From assembly GCA_012295275.1 (NCBI GenBank), contig CM022678.1, positions 10,850,001 through 10,914,000 on the forward strand: a DNA stretch of 64,000 bases, given 5' to 3'. How positions within the stretch are numbered: position 1 is the stretch's first letter; the number at the start of each line of letters is the position of its first letter. The translations under genes and the position numbers were made by a program. This document shows, piece after piece, positions 34,400 to 64,000 of the stretch. Under the pieces are notes generated by a model. The model worked only from the letters and a program-made list of their open reading frames with translations. It had not been told where the DNA came from and did no database searches. Origin of the DNA: Chrysomallon squamiferum (taxonomy: Eukaryota; Animalia; Mollusca).

Positions 34400-34713
34400 T
34401 ACAATCGTACCTCCTCCACTCGCGGATCTCACTGGCGATATTAATTGGTCCGAATTCTTCTCGGTTTCTTCCAAGCTGTTTACATTAGGAGAATGTCAGC
34501 GGATCTACAGATGAGCTCGACATAATCTCTTTCTCTCTCGTCGTGTTTGCCGTCCCTCTTAATTTGCTCCTTCTTGTGTCGTCTGCTACGTGAGCACGCG
34601 CGCAGAACGTTCCAGTGTGAAGCAGACGCGCGGATTCACCGCGCCGACTCAGACGGGCAGGAAGAAGAAAAGAAAACCTCGAAGGGAAAAAAGCGTATAG
34701 ACCGCTTCAAGCG

Positions 34714-34752
<39 letters not shown>

Positions 34753-34960
34753 TAGAAGAAAATAAAAAATAAAAATAAGAGGTGTATTTCTTAGTAGTTA
34801 TTCGCGTTCCATATGAATACCGCGAATATTTGCAGAGACAATTCTCTGCCGGCACTTCCTGGTTTTTCGACAACGCGTGAAATACGAAACCCTGAACAAT
34901 TCCCGATTACTTGCAGAACGGCCGCAAAGCACTTTCGACATTAAGGTTGCTTTCACTAAA
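34400..34960 (-). promoter_or_regulatory. CpG-rich putative promoter region of the aquaporin gene
   Basis: Local CpG cluster about 1-1.5 kb upstream of the ATG at 33477, after a long AT-rich leader; TSS not resolvable. Confidence 0.35.
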
Positions 34961-35459
34961 TCAATTCCCAGTGGTAATGATGTTAACATTTGCCAGTGGA
35001 AAGAAAAAAGAAAAAATTAAAAAACAAAAAAATGACCCCGATTCATTGTTCTGTTTATCAAATCATGAGGCACTTTAGTTTAATCTTCTGAAGCAAAGTT
35101 TCGCTGTTTATACAATAACTAAAACAATTAAGATAATTAATTCTTCTCATGTTACAGTATTTACACTGTTATTTATTGATTTCTTTTCCGCGTTTTCTGC
35201 TTCATAATTTGTCAGATTAAAGTATTTTATTTTACCATAATCTTCTGAAGATGATGATAAAGATGATGATTCGAAAGAAGTATATGACTTTGTAAACTTT
35301 TATTTATTATCTGTATATATGTATACAGATAGATAGATATATAGACAGACAGACAGACATAGATAGATATAGATACACAAAAATAAATAAATAAATAAAT
35401 AATGATGATGATAATGGTGAGAAAAAGACGATGTTGATGGAAGCAATCTTATCATAAAA

Positions 35460-35498
<39 letters not shown>

Positions 35499-36836
35499 TC
35501 ATTGGTGATAGTGATAATAATAATGAAGATACTACTGGAAACAAATATTGTGGCATATAACGACTATAATGATGATGCTAATAATAATAACGATGATGGT
35601 GACGTGAGGATGATGTGACGGTAATAAAACTTGTGATGTCGTTGAGAAAAATAAAGGGACACAACTACAACGAGTATTTAAAGTGTTTATTACTTTTACT
35701 CTGTACAGAAAAAAATATATAGACAGAAAGAAATTTAATTTTATAAACACACTTCTGAACAATCCGTCGTCCACAGAAAAATGATCATATTCACAAATGT
35801 AAAAAATTTACACACAGTTAAAATAATAGTAGTAGTAGTAGTAGTAGTAGTCGTAATCGTAGTAGTGGTAGTAGTAGTTGTGGTAATAGTAAAAGTAATA
35901 ATAATAATATCAGTAACAGTAGTGATAGTAGTAGTAGTAATAGTAATAATAGTAATAGTAACAATAGTAATAATAATAGTAATATAATGAAGAATAATAA
36001 TAATAATAATAATAATAAACGAAATAACTGATAGAAATAATCATGATAGTTAACTATCATTCTTTCATTTATATATTATTTTTATTTTTATTGATATTTT
36101 CTTTTCTTTTCAGGTATGAATTGTCCTTCATCTTTGGTAGCTTTTTGTTAATTTATTGATTGTTACTCTTTGTTATAACTGTTATATTTATTTAAGCAAT
36201 ATTTTATAAAAACGACAAAAACGACTAAACATTAAATTTTGCCTTTTTACATAATTCTTACAACCGAAATACAATGTAATGATACATATAAGATACACAC
36301 ATTCAGACAGACACGTATACACACTTGTAAATGAATGTGTGTTTGTGTGTGTGTGTGCGTGTCTGTGTCCGTGAGTCTGTGTGTACACAGAAAAGGGAGA
36401 TAAATATTCAAGTATGATTTACCCATAAACATACATATCACAACAGTTATCTAAAATTTCAAAACACAATAACACAAAGGTAAAACTATTTACAGCACGA
36501 TGTATAAATAACACCAAGTTCTGTATAACTTAGCATCTGAAATTCTGAAGTTTAATATAAAATATGCATATAAAATATTTGTTTGCCCTTTCAATGTTTT
36601 ATTCTCTATTCTGTGCGATATGAAAAATGCAGTTTGTAATTTTATTGTTTTATTTACGTTTCTTGTTAATGAACGATGATGACTGTCCTTTTATGACGTC
36701 ATTTCGTTGACAGACATGCAAACTGGCCATTTAAAATAATAACTTCATTATTGTCATATTTTATTTTAACTATTTTTTTTTTTTGATTGAAATCTAGTAA
36801 ATATAATTTTAATTGACAAATTAAATAAATAAATAA

Positions 36837-36875
<39 letters not shown>

Positions 36876-36899
36876 TAATAATAATAATAATAACAACAA

Positions 36900-36908
36900 T
36901 AAGAATAA

Positions 36909-36955
<47 letters not shown>

Positions 36956-37130
36956 AAATAAAATAAAATAAAATAAAATAAAATAAAATAAAATAAAATA
37001 AAATAAAATAAAATAAAATAAAATAAAATAAAATAAAATAAAATAAAATAAAATAAAATAAAATAAAATAAAATAAAATAAAATAAAATAAAATAAAAAT
37101 AAAATAAAATAAAATAATAAAATAAAATAA
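36900..37130. repeat. (AAAT)n(AAAAT)n microsatellite
   Basis: Direct reading. Confidence 0.9.
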
Positions 37131-37854
37131 AGAAATTATTTAATTAATAACCCAGTCAGTTGATAAAATATTTCGTATCAAATTCTACTTTCTGTTACCA
37201 CTAGAGGTACAGTTTAAAAATAATTTTAATTTCTCTTTTTCGTGTCGGCCAAATACTTTTTTAATCAATCATTTTTGCTGTAGACTCTTCTATTATGCTA
37301 CGGAGTGTAATAACATTGGAAAAAGAATAATAAAATACTCATAAATGGTTCTGTTAGCACTATAAAATATTTCTTTCTTGAAAGACTTGGTATTTCGGTT
37401 GATTTTGAATAAAGGTGCGCTCGCACTATACGATTTGCAGTACCAGATTATAGTATAAGGAATAAAAGTACATATAGAAATAGTCGAATTTTTATTTATT
37501 AATTTATCTGAAAAAGAAAAAATATATATATATATATATATATCATTTATAATTTAGTTGTTTTCATATCGAATAGTACAAATCGCACAGTGTGAACGCA
37601 GCTTTATTAATAAAACAGTGTTGAAACGTTGTAACTCTGTTATAATATTTAAAATCATTCGGGAACTTTCGGATATATTCGGATAATCACGGAAATTTTC
37701 GGAAAATGACATGAACGAATAAAAATGAATTTTCTTATTCTTCATTAACGAATGTTTTAAAAAACAAAAAATAAACAAAGAAATAATTAATGATTTACAC
37801 CCCTAAATAAGCAAATTATAAAAATTTAATTATATCTACTAATTCAAATAATAA

Positions 37855-37894
<40 letters not shown>

Positions 37895-38454
37895 TTATTT
37901 TAGAAATAAAGAAATTCAAAACAAATTACAGTTCCTTAACGTTCATCGATCAAACAACTATCCCATAGCAAAGCGAAACGTTACGAAAACAACCGAATAT
38001 TTCCGATGAGCCTTAAACTTTCTACTGTAAGTTTAATTAAAATCACAGCCGTCACTACACACGAACATAAGGAAAATTAAATGGACGGATAGCCAGACAA
38101 CAAAACGTGAGATAAATGTTCCTTAGGAACGAATTTTTTTTTTTTTAAAAAGGTGAAGAAAAAGAAAAAAGAAAAAGGAAAGCAAAGAAAATAAAATAAA
38201 ATAAAAAAAGATAAGAAAAAACTGAGTTCAGGCAAACAGGAAATGACGAAAGCACATGAAATTAAAAATTCGTTATCGACAAAATTAAACGAAATCTAAT
38301 GGCACGCAGCGTTTCAAACTCATCGGACATTTTCGGTATAACTCGGGATAAATCCATCGGAATCAGCCGACGTTTTCAGCCGGCATTAATAACGTATTCT
38401 TCTACATCGAACAAAACAAAATATGTTAAATCTTCAACGACATTCGTAAGATAC

Positions 38455-38514
<60 letters not shown>

Positions 38515-38617
38515 AGATTATCAAAAACGTTAATTACGTTCCTAAAACAATGAAGAACGATATACTACATTTGTTCTTATATCTCATTGCTTAAAACAAT
38601 AATAAAACACAAAAATC

Positions 38618-38699
<82 letters not shown>

Positions 38700-38835
38700 G
38701 TAATAATAATAAAGGTTCCCTCTCTCTCTCTCAAAAAAAAAAAAATATAAATAAATAAAAATTAAATTATCTGCTATTGATACAATAATAATAGTTGTAG
38801 TAGCAGTAGTAGTAGTAGTAGCAGCATTAGTAGTG

Positions 38836-38899
<64 letters not shown>

Positions 38900-38983
38900 A
38901 AGAAATAATAAAAAGTATTATGATTTAAAAAACTTCTATTAACAAATATTAGATAAAAGTGAACAAATAAATAAATAAACAAA

Positions 38984-39026
<43 letters not shown>

Positions 39027-39441
39027 CAACCATTAATAAATTCAATATGCTACGAAGAATAAAAAAAAAAAAAAAAACTTTTCCACAGCTCACTCACGCA
39101 AAAACAAAAATTTCTTTGCATATTATGACATATGGATGACATCAAATCTGAATACGCAAAAATGGAAGGAAAATCAAATAATTAAAATGATAATAATTGT
39201 TAAATAAACAACCATACATTAGAAGAAGCTAATGAAATATTAAAATATGACAACGGAATAAAATATGTTTAAAAATTCGTGGATATAGTTCCTGAATAAG
39301 ATACGCAATACAAAACATTAGTATGTACAGACGTAATACTCTCTTCCTTGTAGAAAATGTTTCACTACAATTTCATTATTACTGTTAATGTATTGATAAA
39401 ATTAATATTTACATTTGTACAAGGTATATACAATGATTTAA

Positions 39442-39472
<31 letters not shown>

Positions 39473-40094
39473 TTTATAATTATAATAATGTATGTAATAA
39501 TTAACAAATGAAATTAAGAAAAAAAAAAAAAAATAAAATAAATAAATAAATAACTTATACAAAAATATAAAATACAATTTCACAAACATTCATTCAATAA
39601 TGCTATTTCAAAGGGAGACAACCTGTTGCGTTATTGTATAATTTCCGTTCGTTTAACGCGCTGAAGCTATCCCGCAGTAAAAATAAAAATTAATTTGATT
39701 GTTTCATACTTTTGTAATTATAATTCGTAAAAATGCTTATAACAGTTATTGTAGAACGGCTCAAAAAATAAATAACAATTTTTGGTATGGACAGCTCTCG
39801 ATTCGGTAATAAAATTGATTTAATAAAAAAAAAAAATTACTAAAATTTTATTTTAATAATAAAGTATAAATTTTAGGAAAGAGTTTTCATTTGAATATAT
39901 TATGCAATATAAATATGTTTAAAAATAAATAAATTCATTTAACTTATGTTGTTGATTTTACGCATTAATTTCATTAAGTAATCAGTAAATAATATTAAGT
40001 AAAATAAATAAATAAATAAATATATAAATAAATAAAATTTAATTAATTGTTTAATTAATTAATTAAATAATTAATTAATTAATTAATTATTATT

Positions 40095-40206
<112 letters not shown>

Positions 40207-40370
40207 TAAAACAACAATAACAATTTTCTTCTATATCAGAAATCATTCGAACCGTAACGTCTGCCGAAGTCGGTGAAACTACTGGAGATCTTGCAAAAGG
40301 GGACTTAACTCTGAGATCGTCGCCCCTGTCGTCGTTGTCGTTGTTGTTTCTTCTGCTGGTGTTTTGCTCG

Positions 40371-48995
<8,625 letters not shown>

Positions 48996-48999
48996 CGTC

Positions 49000-49800
49000 G
49001 GAGTTGTGCCCACAGTCGCCGATCATTCAGTACGTGCGGGACGTACTTCAAAATAACCACCGTTTCGTTTTAATGGCCGCTTTTTCGAAGCCGCTTGGAT
49101 GATGTAAACATATGCCGGTTTACTGCGCCGGTTTGTTTTGGTGCAACTGGAGGCGGGGCATCACGCGAATATCAACAAAACCATATGATCACTTTTCAGC
49201 GCGGTCATTGGCTAGATGCACCACACCTCCAGTTGCTGATTGGCTGAAAAGCCTTCTGACCTATCAATCATATAACATGTCGACTGCAAAGTTGTAAGGT
49301 TAAAGGTTATGTCTATATTGCGCACCGGGATTTCTTTGTTATCTCTATATCAAAATTATTTCTTTTACATTCTGTTTTTAACAATAATTGATAAGAGTGT
49401 TATTTAAAAGTCGCTAGGTAGTGAAAAATGGCTTGATAAAAGCACAGTAGTCAAAATTCTGGTCTCTTTGTGAAACGGGAGGACGTGTTACCGTGTTACA
49501 TGAAAATAGGTCAAATGGTTGTTGTTATTGTTGCTGACACAGATTCATCCTCCCTGAATAAACGTTATACATTAGTAAGCAGCATATTTTGGATTGAATA
49601 AAATCATATATTTGCATATACTTTATTACAATGCAGAAAGTCTAATACAAAACTGAGAATATGTTCAACTTAATCCAGTTACTACAGAATTTACGAACAT
49701 TTTATTAATGTACGAAGTAGGGAGGAAGTCGAATAACCTGCACTGCTGCTCGTATGGAGGTCATCGAAGTCATCAACACATCCCAGAATTCCAATTAAAT
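49000..49800. promoter_or_regulatory. Bidirectional promoter between the ZNF704-like (minus) and CULT-domain (plus) genes
   Basis: ATGs 806 bp apart (48995 and 49801); GC box GGAGGCGGGG 49149-49158, ATTGG boxes at about 49207 and 49239, forkhead site GTAAACA 49104-49110, YY1-like AATATGGCCGC over the 49801 ATG. Confidence 0.65.
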
Positions 49801-55908
<6,108 letters not shown>

Positions 55909-56255
55909 CAGAGTTCAGATAAAAGTTTATATTGTTGTTTACTTGTTGTTATACTCATAAATATTTGTAAAAATTTCTTCTTCTTCTTCTTCTTCTTATT
56001 ATTATTATTGTTATTATTATTAACTTTTACTATTAGTGTTATTATTATGATTATTATTGTTGTTGTTGTTACATATTTAAAAAGAAAAGAAAAAAGGAAA
56101 CTTTACATTTGATTCAAATTGCCAGATCTTGAAACAACAACAACAACAACAACAACAGCAACAGCAAGCATTAGCAGCAGCAAAAGCCAAGAGCAAAAAT
56201 AATAATTAATTTAAAAGCCAAAGAGAAAATAATAATGAATTAAAACCAAAAAAGT

Positions 56256-56298
<43 letters not shown>

Positions 56299-57260
56299 TC
56301 TCGCTTAATGAAGTATTCTTAATAAGTGGTGATTTGATGTCATAACAAAGAGATAATGAAAAAACAAAAAAGACAGATGGAGTAAAGAATCTATTGTATG
56401 GAGTACTGGTTGGAATTGGAAACAGTTATTTTTCACATGTGTAAACTGTTATAGTGGACGATTGGACGTGTATTACTTTGTTATTTTTGTTGTGAAGTTT
56501 AAAAAATTAAATATGTTGTTACTTGATGATCATTGTTTGTTTATTTTTATACAGTTATTTTGTTTTAAATAAATAAATTTTGTTTTGAAAGGTTTAATAT
56601 GTTGTCAAGTACGCCTGTCATGGGCTGAGACTCAGTCCAGAATTCAGCGTAGAATTCATTATTCTAGCGTAAGTTAATGAATAAACTATAAAACGTAAAC
56701 ATTTTATAACTGTTTTTCTTTATTTTTTTTATTTTTATTTTTTTCTTTTTTTTAAACAACAAGATAATAATAAAAATGAAGGGTTTTAGAATGTTGATGC
56801 AGATTTAATAAACAAGTGCACGAGGTGAACAGATGAGAATAAAGCTTCAAGATCTTTCATTTCGGTTCGTTTTAGTGACATCATAGATTTCTGTGTGACA
56901 TCCCAGCATGCAATGCGTTACAGCCATTTTTATTTCCAATAACTGTTAATATATGTAATATATGACAGACGATATTTGTATCAAGTATCGGGATCGAACT
57001 GTACTGTTTCAGATTACTTTCGATATATATAAGATGTCCAAAGTCACTCTATAGTGTTTAATATCTTGTTTAATTTAAAATACTACTTTTACAACAGCTT
57101 CCAAAAAAAAAAAAAAAAAAAAAAAAAAGTACGATTTTGTTATTTAAGAACATTTTGTTTTCATGTTTAATTTTTGTAGGTAACAAGAAAATCGGTAAGC
57201 GTGAATCTACTACTATTGTTGGTATTAGTGACTTGATAAATAAAACACTTCATCATATTG

Positions 57261-57419
57261 TGTATTATTTAGGACTGCAGGATAAAAGAAATAACTGGTT
57301 AACTTGTTCAAGCTGAGTGGTAGATGCAGCTCGGCAAAGTCTCGCTGCATTTGACATTCAAACCTTCGCAGGACAAAGCAGATAACTTAATCAGTAAACC
57401 AGTTATTCTGTATAATACA
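57261..57419. mobile_element. Small palindromic MITE-like foldback element
   Basis: Nested inverted repeats TGTATTA/TAATACA, AATAACTGGTT/AACCAGTTATT and an inner ATGCAGC/GCTGCAT hairpin. Confidence 0.5.
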
Positions 57420-57988
57420 GGCTAAAGGGGTGGGGTTGGGTGTAATTCTGGCCCTCCAAGGTATATTATAACTTACATATTAGTCTGTTTAAGCTTCAAG
57501 AACTTTGTTCATGTAAGTAGAAATGTCCTAACTCTCATAAGAACAAAGGATGTAGGTAATCAGCTATTTACAACTCATGGATCTAAAAAAAAAAAAAAAA
57601 AAAAAAAATGTTGACAGATACTTTAACGTGTCAAAATTCACTTTCCAGTCAAATTTCCAAGGGAGGCTATCCTAGGATGCAGCTGTTCCAGGTTGCTTGC
57701 CCTACGGTCCTTAAGAATAAAATGAAAGACGAGATTGTGCGTTCCCTTCCCACTCACGCACGTGTTTTAGCTTTTTTCAGCTGTTTTGCAGTGTTTTATT
57801 TTTAGCACACACAATTTCCTGCCTCAAATTCGTCAGGGAAAATCTGGATCCCTGACACCAGTTATTTTATCCCGGTTCCCATTTCTAAAATATCAGCACT
57901 GTGCATGTAGGGTTTGTGTATACTGCAGCAAAAATCATTCATTATACACTCGATTTTATATTTTTATTTTTATTTTTATTTATTTTTA

Positions 57989-58046
<58 letters not shown>

Positions 58047-58950
58047 TTTTCATTTTAATTTTTTATTTTTTTTTTTTATTAATTTTTTTATTTTATTTTT
58101 ATTTTATTTTTTTATTTTTTTTTTTTTATTTTTTTATTTATTTTATTTTATTTTTTTTAATTTTCATTTTTTAATTTTTTATTTTTTTATTTTTTTTAAA
58201 TTTTTTTTTATTTATTTTTATTTATTTATTTATTTATTTATTTATTTTATCTGCGAAACTATAGATGAGGTTGATTGCAAATGGTGGACAGAAATCTACT
58301 GTTTCGCTGCCGTAAACAGCTAAATTTCTATTTATCTGTGTACAGTTCATAAACAACGAGTATAACAAAGTTTATTAATTACAGGTTTAAAATAATAATC
58401 TCTGTATTATGTTATCGAATCAAAATGGCGGACTGTATTGTTAATAATAATAATAATAAAAAAAAAAAAAAATTAAAACAATTAAAAAATGGCATTACGT
58501 CATATGAAACCAGTCATTTAATTTGTGTACGTCACTTCGTACGATTTTGATTCGTAATTGTTTTTTTTTTACGTCGTTTTTAATCATTCTTCGGCGACAA
58601 CAAATTCACATTATTATTTTTTTATTTTTATAAATATTTTTTATTTCTGTTATTCTGTGAAACAATGTATAAAAACGAATATACAACCTATTGTAATACC
58701 TTTAAAAAAAAAAAAAAAAAACATTAATGTTTTATATATATATATATTTCTCCATAATGATTTAAATATATCAATTTGATATTCTTTTTTCATACATATC
58801 TTTTCTTCTACTTCTTTATTTTTATTTATTATTACTATTATGTTTGTGTCTCTCTAAATAAATAAATAAATAAATACGAAAATATATAAAATGATACAAA
58901 GGTAAAGAGAGTAAAAATAATGGCGGTAAAAAAAAAAAAAAAGTAGACTT

Positions 58951-61169
<2,219 letters not shown>

Positions 61170-61397
61170 GATAAATCTAAATGTTCTGCTTCTAAATTTC
61201 TTCTGTTACCTTCAGACACAGTCACTTCGCGATAGTTACTTTTTAAAAAAGATGAAATATGTAAATAATTCGATAACCATATCATGCTCGACAGAAACCA
61301 GGAAGTCCTTTTTGACGTCATAAATAGTTCATTACGTCATAGCTTCAACAGCGCTCTATTTTACTGCTACTACTACTAACACTACAACTACTATTCC

Positions 61398-61454
<57 letters not shown>

Positions 61455-61542
61455 CGTTGTTGTAGTTGTTGTTGTTGTTTTTTTGTTTTTGTTTTTTTTG
61501 TGGATTTTGTTTTTGTGTTGTTTATGCCATCATCGTTAACTT

Positions 61543-61577
<35 letters not shown>

Positions 61578-62126
61578 TGTACTATCAGTTACTGAAGTGA
61601 GGAATATTCAAGGATATGGAGTCCCTCAGGTTTTCAGTTTACAGTTTATGTCCAATTATTATTAGTACTGTTGTTGTTGTCGTTGTTATTTCTAATCATA
61701 AATGCATAAATAATCAATAGGAAAAAAAGACAGAACATTTGTTTTGCTTAATTTGTTTTCCCTCTTTTATTATTTTTTTTTAAATTTCCGTAACAAACAA
61801 AACGTTTATTCATAACCTAATAATAAATTCACCTTTTAAACGATTAAATCGATAAAAAATTAATATTTTGAATATGTAACTATATATTTAAATCCAAAAA
61901 AAAAAAAGAAGGAAAAAAGGGAGCAAACTTTTAATAGAAAACTGAAAAAAGAAATATTATCTTACGAAACAAATTTTTTTTTTAATTATTATTTACTATT
62001 ATTCTAATCAATATTAAAGTTATCATCCGTATCATCATCATTATCAGTACCATTGTGATGATTATTAGAAAGTTTGTTCATTGATGCTTCATTCGCAAAT
62101 CATGTGCAGCCACAAAAGGTCAAAGG

Positions 62127-63825
<1,699 letters not shown>

Positions 63826-63948
63826 CTATGGCAGACAAATAAAAAAATATATATATGTATGTGCATGCATGACTGCATCCGGGTTTGGTTGTATGTGATT
63901 ATTTATTTTTTATTTTTATTTAATTGTTTATTTATTTATCTATTTATG

Positions 63949-64000
<52 letters not shown>

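Overview
Eukaryotic, AT-rich, microsatellite-saturated animal genomic DNA with spliceosomal GT-AG introns, probably a mollusc and possibly a gastropod (inferred from repeat and gene style, not proven). Most ORFs in the supplied track are microsatellite artefacts. Manual splice-aware reading gives: (1) a 7-finger C2H2 zinc-finger gene (minus) with a decayed tandem paralog upstream; (2) a 7-exon, highly divergent FoxQ2-like forkhead gene (plus, 631 aa); (3) a 5-exon Big-brain/AQP4-like aquaporin (minus, about 414 aa) with a 10.5 kb first intron, a 1-nt frameshift, a triplicated splice acceptor and three stacked donors just after the stop; (4) a 7-exon ZNF704/ZNF395/Glut4EF-family gene with N-terminal DUF4772-like region, one C2H2 finger and a C-clamp (minus, 527 aa); (5) head-to-head with it, a signal-peptide-bearing stand-alone cereblon CULT-domain gene (plus) that the ORF track does not reveal, and whose ligand-cage exon (SWFPGxxW...CxxC) I could not find, while the intron where it should lie holds a long degenerate inverted repeat; (6) two tandem PLAC8/cornifelin-family genes (minus; one with a homopolymer frameshift, one running off the window). 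Also present are a pogo/Tc1-like MITE, an old SINE, minisatellites, a CpG-depleted gene body and a strong excess of TGACGTCA palindromes.
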